DNA of 64,000 nucleotides, from assembly GCA_047967505.1 (NCBI GenBank), contig CM106538.1. The stretch is one strand, 5' to 3'. Below are positions 51,301 through 63,605 of the stretch, in pieces. Both the position numbers and the translations under genes were made by a program. Origin of the DNA: Dipteris shenzhenensis (Eukaryota). Every line of letters begins with the position of its first letter. Position 1 is the stretch's first letter. The notes beneath the pieces are model-generated. The model was given only the letters and a program-made list of their open reading frames with translations. It was not told the DNA's origin and did not search any database.

Positions 51301-53519
51301 TCAATGAGCTAATTTGTGGTTTCAAGTTTGCCACCCCAGGTTTCAAGTTTGCCACCCCAGGCTACACACTAGTGACCTATTAACTTTCAAGGATAATAGA
51401 AAATTGCGTCGAGCATATAACATACTCGATACATCTCTAGGTACTTAGGTGAAAAAAGCCATCAAGCTAGGATAAGTAACCACTCCATACGCCCCTTCCA
51501 ATTCATATCCTTCTCACAATTACAATCAAATCAGACGCGTTATACTTTAGTGGCCCATTATTATAAAGCCATGGATTAATTTGCTTTCAAAATAAGTTCC
51601 TAGTTTCTTCATATCATATATGCTTTTTTGTGCACCCAGCCTTGACTTTTTTGCAACGGTAATTCAAAGCTGCGATTCATTAGGTTTGACCTTTTGGTCC
51701 TCTTGCGTATATGCACATTTATTTTTGAAACCGCACATAGTATTGATGATGAACAAGAAAGCCACAAAGCAAGCAGAAAAAATGCAGACAAAAATGCAAT
51801 GAGCTATACTAGAGCTGCAAGCCACTCTCCTTATAGGATGTCATGGCACAGGACTACATTATATTCTGCTTCAGCAGATTATTGCAAAAATATAGAATCG
51901 ATCAGCATTGTCCCGAGGGGGTGCATGCTGAGCACACATCAGAATCATAGCACTCTAGGAAGCTCTCATCGCATGCTTCACAGCATTGGCACTTGGAGGT
52001 CGCGTGTATGAATGGCAAAGATTCTTTTGCTGCGGTATTCAACATCCTGCACAAGGGGACGATCGATTTAGTAGCGCCTGTGCCTGCAAATGATCACATG
52101 GATATACGCTCAAGTGAGAAACATGCTTTAGTTAAAACCCACAAGAAAATATGCAAAAGTACGTGATAAAAGAGGGCGTTGGGAGGGATCTGAACTGTGG
52201 GCGTGGAGGGAACCGGCAAAGCGTAGAAATTCCACAAAAAAAGGCAAAAATATGAAAAAGAAAATAGTACTTTATGTTGTTACAAGTGGGTGGCATTAAT
52301 GAGAACATTTGTTTTTTATTCTTTTACGGTTCACCTATCGGATCAAGAGATGTGGACCCAAAATCGAAACAAAGCTCCATTTTGAAACCTTCCTGCATGG
52401 TGACCCAAAACAACCATCCACTTTCTTTTATTCTTTGGTGCCATTCTCTCTTCAACAAGAATTCCTCTACTTTCACCACGATGAGCCATTCCATTCACTC
52501 TTTGACAAGCATTCCTCATTGCATCACTATTGTTGTGATGCTCTTAAACTTTCAAGACAATAAGCTCCTTTCACCTTTTATTCACTTGTTCTCAGTTTCG
52601 TTCATTTTTTTTTATGTCTTACTATTTTGGTGTGTGTTTCTTTGACTTCGCAGGCATTAGAGTGAAGATTTCAGATGGCAACCAAAAACTTTGGTCATGC
52701 CACTAGGAAACGGTTTGTCACTCTACCTAGCGAAGATGTGGATGTACAAAGTATCTCTTTGCCACGAAGACCTACCTCACTAATCTTGTGTAGAAGTTTC
52801 CAATACTGTGAATGTGGATGGTAGCTGGAAAAGGATAGCAGTGGCGAAAGGAGATTGGGTTCTAATGCAACCCAACAAGCAGAGAAAGCAACAATCAACT
52901 AGCACTTTTTTGGCTTCTTGGAAGGGCAGAGTGAAGATTTTAGAGTAAAAAAGGAAGGCACAAGATGCGTTAGAGAGGTTTGGATACAACATGTCTACAT
53001 GCACTTAGAACTTGTATTACGAGAAATACTGAAAGATTAAAAAATAATGGGATAATCCATAACATCCCTCTTGCTTATATCGCAGCTGTCCTCAATTGCA
53101 CGACAGAAAGGTAGTCAACAAATCATGGTACTAGCGGAAATACCTTGCGGACATCCAGTTGGCATCTTGAGGCTCCTTCCAAGCTCGAACTTGTTATGTA
53201 TCACTCTCTACGAGAACTCCTTTTCCCCAAAGTGCTCAACCCATGTATCTCCTTGCAACTTGTTCCCATCAGTACACCTTTTTTTCATTTGTGTGCATTT
53301 CAATTGGCCAATGCAAAGCAATCTCATGACTATGTAAATGACACCACATACCAAAATCAAGTAGCTTAACACTTCCTACAAAATAACAATGCCTTAACAA
53401 TTGCACTCCCCTTTGCTGGTTTGTCTGATCCTTTGCAATGCACTCTTTTGCAGACAACACAAGACTCCTCTCTTTCCTTCAATCCAATAGCCAGGCATTC
53501 ACTCCCAACTATAAACTTG

Positions 53520-53800
53520 CTCACATGGCTTTGATACCAAAGTGAAAATGCATGAGGGAAAGAGGGTAATACACAAAGGGAAAGAAGGTTACACCTCCAT
53601 TATGGGGGAGGGAAAGAAGGTTACACCTCCATTACACTCTTCTACCAAAGAGAGACCAAAGGACCCTTTACGCCTATACTTTCAAGATTGCCACATCAAA
53701 TTATACACTATACCACTCCATATCCATATGCATACATATATCATCTATACATCAACACTAATTAAGTTGCTAATGGGCATTAAAGATTTCCTTGTTTTAC
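53520..53800 (-). mobile_element. LTR-retrotransposon remnant (PBS next to an LTR-like stretch)
   Basis: TGGTATCAAAGCC (iMet-type PBS) on the - strand at about 53539-53527. The flanking sequence is decayed. Confidence 0.4.
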
Positions 53801-53983
53801 TACTACCTCAAGTATGGTGATTGAAAGAAGGCGGAATCCCATTAAGGCCCTGCCTTTTGGAATGTTATTGTAGGTGTTAATGGACATTAAAGATTTCTTT
53901 GCTTTATACTACCTTAACTATGGTGATTGGAACAAGGTGGAATCCCACTAAGGCCCTGTCTTTTGGAATATTATTGTAGATGT
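53771..53983. repeat. Two-copy ~107-bp tandem repeat
   Basis: TAATGGRCATTAAAGATTT...ATTGTAGRTGT occurs twice. Confidence 0.9.
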
Positions 53984-54014
53984 AAGTGTTAGCGTGCATT
54001 TTATGTAAATGTAC

Positions 54015-54260
54015 CCTTGAATGGCATGTCTAATATGTGAATGAGGTACTTACTTGTTTGTTGGGGTTGTCAAGGTTGCTCCATATATGGTCTAAATGAG
54101 AGTTATAAGTTGTTGGTTTTCTAAATTCTAAGTTGAAGCGAAAGTAGTCCATCATTGTTTGCAGATTTTTTGATTGTGGTGGTTTCTGAGAGGTATGTAT
54201 GCTGAAGTCACCACTACGATTTGCTTTCAACAAGATGATACAATCGCTAAGTCCCCATTT
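54015..54260 (-). pseudogene. C-terminal fragment of an exonuclease-endonuclease-phosphatase (APE-like) domain
   Basis: SGDFSI...KPTTYNSHLDHIWSN...FTY*TCH resembles the GDFN...TT...LDHIxxN...SDH motif order. Confidence 0.5.
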
Positions 54261-54529
54261 AGAGATAATATAATGTAGAAATACTATGAAAGAGAAAAAA
54301 TGCAAGTGAAGGTGAATGAATATGGGGAAACGTAGATGAGTGAAAACATAGATGAGCAAAAATTGGAAGGAAAGGGAAAGAGAAAAAATGTAAGTGAAGG
54401 TGAATGAATGTGGGGAAACGTAGACAAGTGAAAAGAGAGGAGAGAGAAGAGGTGAAAGAGGGGATGGACCATTCAATATGAATGGTGACGTTTCCATTTT
54501 TGCAAGGGAACCTCATTTCAAAGAAAGTT

Positions 54530-56142
54530 TATGATTAGTCCATCTATGTGCTTAAGGGCACTACCTGAGGAGGGGGAAAAGGATGCCATAAAATGTGTTT
54601 AGCAACCACAATTCTTCCCGGAAGAGATAATTTCTTCTCTGTCCACTTCTCAAATGTTCCTTTAGTCCTTTTTATGTACCACTCAAATTTGTCCTTAAAG
54701 ATACACCCAAACCCATTGGGCATCCTAAATATTTTATTGATTGACCAGCTTCAATCCAAGTAAAATCAAACCTATAGGACCAATCTAGGAGGTCTTCTCA
54801 CCCTAGCCATAAAGTTGTTGTTTTGGAAGCAATGATCCATTGTAGCCAAAAGACTCATGTTGTCATCCGTAAAGAATTGCGAAGAGAAGGTCATGCCATC
54901 CAAAAGAGGGATACCCTTAATAGTTCCCAAACTCATAGCATGATCTTTGGAAAGAACAATGGCATGTATCCCCTAGGACCTGGCTACTACACCTAGAGCT
55001 GTTGGTGGCTTGGATTTTAGAATGCATGAAAGACAAATCCAACTCGCTAAAGTTAGGGGGAAACCTACCATGGGGAAAAATAGCATGCTTTTGGATTTGT
55101 AGTAGTAGACCACAATGTATTTGTGAACCGTGGCAAGCACTTGGAGATTCCACTCAAAATAAGAGAATTTGAACTGTATCAAGATTTATTCAAATCTGGT
55201 AAAGTAATGTTCATGGCTCTGCTATTGGGCAAGACTAAGATCCCTCTATGGGGATGCCTCTTTGGAGAGGCCCTTATGGTTTACTGACTGGGTGCTTAAA
55301 GAAGGTTCCCCTCTTGTTCAAAGTCATCCTAGACAAGCAAAAGCACTCTTCATGAAAGGGCTAAGGACATTCAGGGATGTTTGGGATCTAAGCAAACATA
55401 GATGGTTATTACTGAGGAATTATGAGTGGTTTGTCAACTGCGTAACACTAAAAAAAGACTAGTTGTCCTCTTGTTTGATAGAATCAAATATAGTTGGCTT
55501 ACCATCTGTATCATAATGATTTTGAGGGAATATGATGAGCTCTGGTAAGCCACTACAGAAATGCTCTCTAAGGGACTTCAAACCTTTTCCCTCTCAATGG
55601 GGTTTTATATTGGCTCATGATCAGTGGAAAGTTTTTGCACCATGTGATGGTGTGGATGTATGGAGGAGAAGATTAGTTCATAGTTTGAAAGTGACTCCTT
55701 CCTTCAAGTTCATTTTTTTGTGTGGAGAATTATTGTGCATAAACTGTCAATCAGGACTAAGCTAGGTAAACGAAACTCTAGAATCACTCTTTTATGTTCA
55801 TTATGCAAGACAAGAAAGAAACCCCATTTCATGTCCTTTGGGATTGCCTAGTTTTCCGTGGGGTTTGGTGGAAAGTCGAAAAATGGCTTGAGGATTTATC
55901 CTTTTTTATTCAGTCATCATGAAAAACAACTCTGTTAGGAGATAAAGCCAAAATGAATGACAGGCTCTAGCCTCTATCCAGTATGGTAGTTGGTAAGAAC
56001 AGTTATCATGTTTCAAATATGGAAATAGTGGAATAGGGTAATCTTTGGAAAGCATTGCAATGCTAACTTATCTTCAGAGGCACTAATTGAGGAAATAGTT
56101 AGAATCTTCAAATATTTTGGCATTAGGTACAAAAGTATAGAC
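54530..56142. mobile_element. L1-type LINE ORF2 remnant with an inverted 5' part; the 3' part continues after the Copia insertion (61906-62023)
   Basis: The - strand 55180-54530 reads QFFTDD (RT catalytic), IKYLGCPMG and KKLSLPGRI. The + strand 55200-56142 reads RPLWF...GLRTFRDVW and CSLCKTRKETPFHVLWDC (zf-RVT). An A-tract lies at about 62015. Confidence 0.75.
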
Positions 56143-58441
56143 TGTTGGGGTAAAGGGCAGTGTGCCCACCCACTGTACAGTGCCCATGTATACTCATATA
56201 TATATATATGAAAGAGGAATAAGCTGGAGTAGCTTTTGCTCCACCACATTTTGGTGTCTCCTTACCCCTTTGTGTGTGCTCTCCTCTCCCACAACTGGTA
56301 TCAGAGTAGGTCGTGGTGCTCGATCTGCAGGGAGCTTCGCGAGGGCTTGTGGTTTGTGCGGATCGAGCATTGAAGGAGCTTTGGATCGATGTCTCTCATG
56401 GAGAAGATGGGGCAGCCATAGCTATGCTGATCTGCTGATCTGAGCTCCGGGAGCTCAAGGAGAAGAGCCTGAGGAGAGAGTTCAATGCAGCCATCGCGGG
56501 AGCCCAGGCTGTTGAGGCACCCATGAGCGTGTGTTGCAGGACACTGTTGTAGAGCCGTGAGTAGGAGTGGTTGGAGAAGACATCATTTGGGAGCTTCATT
56601 GCCTCGTTGATGGAAGCATTGCTTCGTAGATACTTGCTGGAGATCGTTGACATTGGTGTTTCGTAACTCACGAGTGGATATTGTTGGAGCTGCCCATATG
56701 GCGGAGGAGCTGTGGTTGAAGCGTATGCGCTTGGAGCTTTGAGCGATGCACTCTTGAGGCTGAGCCTTCATTGGAGAGCGTTGTTTGGAGAGGGCTGTAG
56801 GGAAGCTCTTTGTAGATGCAGCTGCTGCAGATGGCTCGTGAGCCACTGCGAGCTCTTAGATGGAGTAGATAGGAGTCTCTTTCTCTCCATACCCTTCTCC
56901 TTCCCGTGAGCAAAGGAAGAGCAGCCCAATGATAGCAACAACATCCACTTTGGAGAAAAAGAGTGAGTTCTTTGTTTTTAGTTTGGAAATCTGACAGTAT
57001 TTCAGATAGTAAAAGTGAGCAGAATGCCATTTTCGACAGCAAGTATTTGCAAATCCATAAAGATTTAGTGTCGGTGCCCATCAGAGGAGTCGGAGAACGT
57101 TGGAAGGGCTACGTTTTCTCTGTTGACAGCTCGGTCATCCGAGTTTACAGTACAGAGTTATTTACTGTCCAAAATAGGGACAATTCGTGATCAGTGTGCA
57201 GACAACCATTTTGCAGACTGTATATCTTTTCACCTGTGCAGAATCTGCCACTGCGTTCAATTAGAGAGTTGTAGATCCTTCAAAACACTACAACTTTGCT
57301 GTTGGATGCAAGTTGATCCAACTTTTGGATCAAAAGATATTGCTGTTTAAATACAGTGACAGCACAAGTACAGTGCCATTTTTCTTTTTGCAGATGTCAC
57401 AAGGGTACAACGGATGCATGATATTGTCGCTTACTTGGATGCACAAATGATATAGTGGTACATGCCATTTGGATGCCATTTTGGTTGTCAATTGACACAT
57501 TTTGGATGCATCATTCCTCACATGCTGTGAGAGGTCTCAAGGTTGAGCCGAAAATACAGCCTTGGTAACATTTGTGAGGTGTCTTGATGCTGAGTTCAGT
57601 GACATTGATAGTCACTTTGCGTTGATTTGTTGGGTTTATTTACATCTTTTGGACAACTTTGGTCCTTCAGTTTTATACTGACTTTTCATAGGGGAGACTC
57701 TGACAGATTTATGACAGGCATTTGGTACGCTTTTATGCATGAAAGTGGATACATGGTTTGAGCTGGTTTGTGCTTATTGACTTGTAGGATACTTGATGTA
57801 TGCCCATAGTATTTCTCATGATGTCACTTGGCAGCAAACATTCAAGGAAGCTGCTGTTGCTATTTTTATGACAAAACAGTCATTTTCAGGACTGAATATC
57901 TCTTTCCTGGTGCGGAATTGCACTTTGTGCCGAACTGGAAAGTTGTAGTTCACAGAACATACTACAGCCCAAAGTGGCTGTGAGGTATTGTTGTAGGGAT
58001 TTCTCTTGCACAACAGTGAATTGGGAACTCACAGTAAATTACAGAAAGTGATTGGGATCTCACTTCAGTCCAAGGGCATTATTGGCATTTTGGCAAATCA
58101 CTTTGGCACATTTGGCAAGTGGTGAATGCTTGATTTTGTTGCCAAAGGATTGCACACTTGAGGTGATGCATTGGTGTTGCAGTAAATGCCATTTCGATGC
58201 ATTATGGATTTGCATTGGTGGATGCCGCACTGATGTTTATGGATAGTTGAGCTGGGCTCCTATTGCCATTGGTTGAGCAGGCATTGCTCATTTGGTTCAG
58301 TGCATTTCTTACTTGGATTGCCAGGCATTGGCAGTTTACTGAGCTGCATATATTCTTGTTTATGCCTCTTTATGGCTGAGTGCTTTTGAGCATTGGATTA
58401 GCCAATTTATTTGGAGACCTGATTGGTCTGGACAACACTAT

Positions 58442-60040
58442 ATGTTTTGGTCATTTGGGTTGCCTATTGCACTATACTGCTCTTTGGTTGTGACCTATTG
58501 TGCCACAGATATGGCATCTACAGCTGGTAGTGCCCTCTTTGATATTGAGAGGTTGGATGGATCAAACTTTCAGTATTGGAAAGAGCAGATTTATGATGTG
58601 TTAGTGCAGAAGAGGCAGCATAAGCCCATTCAATGCAAAGGTGTCAAGCCTAATAGCATTAAACAGAGTGATTGGGATGACATGGATGAGCAAGCATGCT
58701 CTATCATTCAGTCATCACTCTCAAAGTCAGTCTACTTGCAGGTACAGGATGGTGTACAGGGTGTAGACTACCATGCATATGAGTTTTATACTCGTATATG
58801 CCGGATGTATGACCATGATAGTGTTATGTTACAGCATGATGGGCTGAAATGTCCTGATGGGCTGAAATACAACCTTGATATGCACTCCAAAGGTCGATCA
58901 ATTGGTAGAAACAGGTCATGTTCAAGGGGGAATTCCAGGAGCAAGTCTAGCTCTCGGACTTGTGTTAGATGTTTCTATTGTGGAAAGTATGGCCACATGA
59001 AAAAGTATTGCTGGAAATGGCTGAGAAAATACAAGAAGAAGAGCAAGGTTAAGAATGACGGGAAGAAGGAGAAGAAGCATGTTGAGCTTCAAGGCATGGA
59101 TGCCAGGGTTTCCACTGACAGTAGCAGTGATGAAGGCATTCTTTTGTCTATGTCTGACACCTCCTTCTTGGCCACTGATGTACCCATTCTTGGTGATTGG
59201 ATGTTAGATCCATGTGCTTCATGTCATATGACCCCTCATAGGTCATGGTTCAGTGCATATCAGGAATGCATTGTGGAGAGTGGTTTGATGGGCATTGATC
59301 ATTCTATGGATGTCTATGGTTATGGGGATATCCACCTTGTTATGCCTAGTGGCTCTATTCTTGTTCTACAGGGGGTTAGACATATACCAGGACTTGCTAC
59401 GAGCAAGATCAGTACTGGACAGTTGGTTGAGGCAGGTTATCATGTCTCTTTGGGTGATCATGCATGGAAGATTGCTAGAGGCAATCTGGTTATGGCTAGG
59501 GGATCACGGGTTGGATTCTCCTATGCATTGCATGTATCAGGTGTCCAGGATAAGATGCTTATGATTAGTAAGCAGCCATCAGCTAGTTTATGGTATGCCA
59601 GACTTGGACATATGTCTACTGCAGGTATGGAAGCCCTTACAACATTGAGATACATTCCTGTTATGGATGTCTCTCAAATTTTATGTCATGATTGTGATGA
59701 TGGTCAGCAGTCAGAATCCTCCTTTGTGAGGAAGACAGTCAGTGAGAGGTATCTTGAGCCATTGCAGTTAGTTCATAGTGCAGTTTGTGGGCCTATGCCT
59801 ACCGTTTCACTAGGTGGTGCCTCTTACTTTGTGACATTTATTGATGCTGCTACAAAGTACATATGGGTCTATCCGATTCGGCAGAAGCATGATGTATATG
59901 ATACATTTCAGCGCTTCTTGGGTAACGCTGAAAATCAGTCAGGAAAGAAGCTATTGAGTTTGATGACTGATGGTGATGCAGAGTTACCTCTTCTAGATTT
60001 CAGCATCTATGTGATACACTTGGTATCAGGAGGGTGTTGA
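58442..60040 (+). CDS. Copia gag-protease-integrase(N) ORF, degenerate (likely start MASTAG at 58511)
   Basis: IERLDGSNFQYWK, zinc knuckle CFYCGKYGHMKKYC, protease WMLDPCAS, LWYARLGH and LQLVHSAVCGP. Confidence 0.85.
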   Translation: MFWSFGLPIALYCSLVVTYCATDMASTAGSALFDIERLDGSNFQYWKEQIYDVLVQKRQHKPIQCKGVKPNSIKQSDWDDMDEQACSIIQSSLSKSVYLQVQDGVQGVDYHAYEFYTRICRMYDHDSVMLQHDGLKCPDGLKYNLDMHSKGRSIGRNRSCSRGNSRSKSSSRTCVRCFYCGKYGHMKKYCWKWLRKYKKKSKVKNDGKKEKKHVELQGMDARVSTDSSSDEGILLSMSDTSFLATDVPILGDWMLDPCASCHMTPHRSWFSAYQECIVESGLMGIDHSMDVYGYGDIHLVMPSGSILVLQGVRHIPGLATSKISTGQLVEAGYHVSLGDHAWKIARGNLVMARGSRVGFSYALHVSGVQDKMLMISKQPSASLWYARLGHMSTAGMEALTTLRYIPVMDVSQILCHDCDDGQQSESSFVRKTVSERYLEPLQLVHSAVCGPMPTVSLGGASYFVTFIDAATKYIWVYPIRQKHDVYDTFQRFLGNAENQSGKKLLSLMTDGDAELPLLDFSIYVIHLVSGGC

Positions 60041-61407
60041 CCACTCCTCATCTTTCTACTCACGATGCCTTGGCAGAAGGCATAAATCAGATTCTATTGG
60101 ACAGGATGGGTAGCATGCAACGGTATGCAGGTCTTACCGAATGCTATTGGGCTGAGGCTGCATACTTGCTTAACAGGTTACCCAGGAGATCTCTGAATGG
60201 TAGAGTGCCATTTGACTTCTTGACAGGCAAGGCACCATGTTATGAGCATTTACGTGTGTTTGGCTGCGAGGCTTATGCTCATGGTTCCCGATCGAGGAGG
60301 TGTATCTTCCTTGGATATAGTGAGTCCAGTAAGGACTACAGGTTATGGGATTCTTCAACTAGAGAATTGATACGCAGCCATATTGTCTATTTCAGAGAGG
60401 ATGCTATGTTTAGACAGCCCAGGACTATGGATAGCAGGAGAGTGGTATTCCAGGAGGGTGTAAGTGCACTGATACCTCTGAATTCTTTGCAGGGGCAGCC
60501 CATATCCCTTGGAGTGGGAGGTTTTTCCCACGGTGAGCAGGTTATAAAGTTGGGACAGACACGATTACTTCCTGATTTTGGTCAGAGACGATCAGATGTC
60601 TCGAGTATTCCACAGGTTTATACTCCTATGGAGATTGTTGATGCATCTTCTATGGACAGTTACAGTTTACTCCCAGGATGCGGAGTGCCTCTTGCAGATG
60701 AGGATGAGGCTATGCATGGTGAGGAGGATACCTTGGCTAATGATGCCCGGTATGATCCATTGGCCGGTTATGCCAGGACAGATGCAGTTTCTGCAGTTAT
60801 TGACTCGGGTCATATTGCACATGGGCAGAAATCATTGATGTGTTTGCTTCGTAAGTGCCTCCATGGCCAGAAGCAATCCCCTCGAGCTTGGCTTCATAGG
60901 TTTGATACTGTTATGAGAGCTCAGGATGTGATGCGCAGTGAGACAGGTTATGGTCTCAGTATTCAGGAGGTTGCTATCCTTCTGAGGTTACTTGCCATAT
61001 GGTTCCTTATGGACAGGGATGCTTTGCAGTGGGAGCTGCATGGTCTTGATGATGTTTGTCAAATACTTGGTTGTTTCAGTATGGAGAGGGGGAAGTTACT
61101 GAGTACTCCATTGCCTATGTTGGCTCCATACTTGAAACACAGCAAGTTTGACGATCATAGATCAGTTGAGCAGCAAGTTATGGTTGATATGGCAGCCATA
61201 GTACTTCATGCATCCATGACTGTGTTGAGACTTGGTTCTCACATGTTTGCCATTGGGGCTACACTTCCGATTCTTGCTTCCGTTGCAGTGGGAGTTGGCA
61301 GCATGATTATGGCAGATTTTGGCAGTAGGGAAGCGGTTGTGGACATCAGATCCTTATGCTTCCAGGAGCAGCATGCAGGAGGTGATGCAGGTTGGGTAGA
61401 CCAGTAG
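60034..61407 (+). CDS. Copia integrase(C)/RT remnant ORF with large internal deletions
   Basis: YWAEAAYLLNRLP, HLRVFGCEAYAH, RCIFLGYS and LRKCLHGQKQSPRAW. No YVDD motif is present. Confidence 0.8.
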   Translation: MLTTPHLSTHDALAEGINQILLDRMGSMQRYAGLTECYWAEAAYLLNRLPRRSLNGRVPFDFLTGKAPCYEHLRVFGCEAYAHGSRSRRCIFLGYSESSKDYRLWDSSTRELIRSHIVYFREDAMFRQPRTMDSRRVVFQEGVSALIPLNSLQGQPISLGVGGFSHGEQVIKLGQTRLLPDFGQRRSDVSSIPQVYTPMEIVDASSMDSYSLLPGCGVPLADEDEAMHGEEDTLANDARYDPLAGYARTDAVSAVIDSGHIAHGQKSLMCLLRKCLHGQKQSPRAWLHRFDTVMRAQDVMRSETGYGLSIQEVAILLRLLAIWFLMDRDALQWELHGLDDVCQILGCFSMERGKLLSTPLPMLAPYLKHSKFDDHRSVEQQVMVDMAAIVLHASMTVLRLGSHMFAIGATLPILASVAVGVGSMIMADFGSREAVVDIRSLCFQEQHAGGDAGWVDQ

Positions 61408-62583
61408 AGGTCTGTTGTAGGGCACGTGCTTATGGTCACAGGTGGTACAGAGACATTTTCTTTGCACAGTGACAGTTCGGGTGCTATGGACTTAGCACAG
61501 GAGCACGTGATGGTGAGAGTTCACTCTCCCAATGAGATCTGGCATGAGATCTTGGTTGACAGGCATCTACAACTTGTCATTTTCTATCCTGCAAACCTGA
61601 TGTCTGCTAGCAGCTTATCCTCTATGCACTTTGCACATTATAAAGTGCCGATGGGCATAGGATGACGGTCTGGTCATCTTGTTTTTCAGCCTATGGCTGA
61701 TTGTATTATATGTGTACTATACTCCCTTAAAGGCACACTGCCTTTAAGTGGGAGGTTGTTGGGGTAAAGGGCAGTGTGCCCACCCACTGTACAGTGCCCA
61801 TGTATACTCATATATATATATGAAAGAGGAATAAGCTGGAGTAGCTTTTGCTCCACCACATTTTGGTGTCTCCTTACCCCTTTGTGTGTGCTCTCCTCTC
61901 CCACATAGACAGGTCTCTTTAGTCATGTGCTAAGTGCCATTGCTTGTGTTCTTGGAAGGTTGATCCTGATGCATTTATAATTTTTAGTATTACAATTTTG
62001 TCTTTTGACTACCCAAAAAAAAAGAGAGACCCTCATCTAAATAATTTCATATGCTTTTAATAAAGGTGGTGTCATACGAGCTAAACGACAAAACAATGCA
62101 CTACCTCTCACGTAAGGCCAAAAACTTAATCCACACAAAGTGACAAAGTCGTTTAGGATCCTCACAAAGAGGCAAAAAACCTAAACCTTAAAATCATTAG
62201 AATGGCCAAAACTACCACTAATCCTAACACTAAACACCCATTAACATGGTCAAGTTGACCAAATGAACTACATGCTAAACTAAGCCAAATTAACATTCTC
62301 TACTCAGCACCATCCCTTAGGAGCCTTGCAAAGACAAAAACAAGGCATCACATGATGTGCTCGTTGGACAGCGCTGCCTTTTTAACTTTTATGCCAATAT
62401 GATGTTAAAATCCCCCAATCTGAGATCTTGACTAAGCTAATTACTGGTTGGAAATAGTCTTTTAAAGGTGTTCATTGGGAAGGACGTTCTATGTTGCAAG
62501 GTGATGCCTGCCTTTGCAAGTCATGATGGCCTTCAGAGGAATGTTTAAGCCTCTTGTGGTGGTAGGTAGAAAATTTCTTCATT

Positions 62584-62692
62584 TTATATATATACATATA
62601 CAATAGATACATACGTACATATGTACATACGTACATACATACATATATATATGTATATAAGGGGGGGGGGAGAGAGAGAGAGAGAGAGAGAG
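62584..62692. repeat. Compound (TA)/(TACA)/poly-G/(GA) microsatellite
   Basis: Directly visible. Confidence 0.9.
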
Positions 62693-63482
62693 TTAATGGA
62701 AGGGATGAGCATCCAAAATTGATTTGTAGGTTTGAAAAGTGATTGGGAGGACACTTTTTTGAAAAGGTGTTAATAGAGTGTTGCCTCATACGCTAACAAA
62801 CTAGGGCAATTGCTACTTCTACTCTTCTTTAAATTAAAGGCCATAGTGGTTTTGCCACCTTGTTTCTCCCACAAAACAAGGACCTCTCAAGACCATTGAC
62901 CTTAAGAGCTCAATACACGAATGTCGTAAGATGTGAAGACCTTGGGACTTATAATACTAGACATATGAAGACTAATTCAATTGGTTGAGAAGTTGCCACT
63001 AAGTTTGTTAGGAAGTCTTTTTTTCTTAATTTAGAGGGCATTCCCGTGTGAAGTGAGAACTTGTTGCATGGACATAAACACATTTCGTTTGGTAGAGCTT
63101 TGGCAAGGTCGATTGGGTGAGAGATTTGCGCTCCTATTTACACGCTTATTCTCATGGATTTCTCTGATGTCAGTGGCCCGTGGGAGGTCCTGGAAATATG
63201 GCATTTTCTACGAATACTGGCAATTTTAGATCACCGAAACATGCAAACCGTGTTTTTGGGAACGCACTTGAAATTTATCTGTTGTTGCGATAGAAACAAA
63301 AGTTTGTTAGGAAGTTCATATTTTAAAGTGGGAGTCTAGAGGGTTGAGTGAGTCCAATTCCTTTTGAGGGCATGTGCCATCGATGAGAAGAAATGAACAA
63401 GTCAAAAGCCGATGTAGGGCGGATGACCCTTCAACGATAATAATGGAAATAGAGTCCAAAACTCTCACGGTTGTAAGTGCCA

Positions 63483-63495
63483 TAAATATAAATAC
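63483..63495 (+). promoter_or_regulatory. Putative TATA box of C4H
   Basis: TAAATATAAATA, about 115 bp upstream of the ATG and followed by a pyrimidine-rich 5' UTR. Confidence 0.55.
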
Positions 63496-63605
63496 CCCAT
63501 AGATTCTTTCCCTCACTCACCACCCTCTCTTCGTCCCTTGGTAAGTACTTACCACTTTTATCAAGCACCTTGCATTCGATACACACCATCTCTGCTGCCC
63601 CCTCC

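Larger units (their letters stand above)
56143..61905 (+). mobile_element. Young Ty1/Copia element with very short, near-identical LTRs and a 5-bp TSD; coding region degenerate (probably non-autonomous)
   Basis: LTRs 56143-56293 and 61757-61905 (TG...CA) differ only by one AT unit. TSD TAGAC is at 56138-56142 and 61906-61910. PBS TGGTATCAGAG is at 56296-56306 and PPT AAGTGGGAGG lies just before the 3' LTR. Confidence 0.98.

Noticed and set aside
48400-53460. Possible Gypsy or other coding remnants
   Set aside because: It looks like decayed TE DNA, but I could not recover diagnostic motifs by eye.
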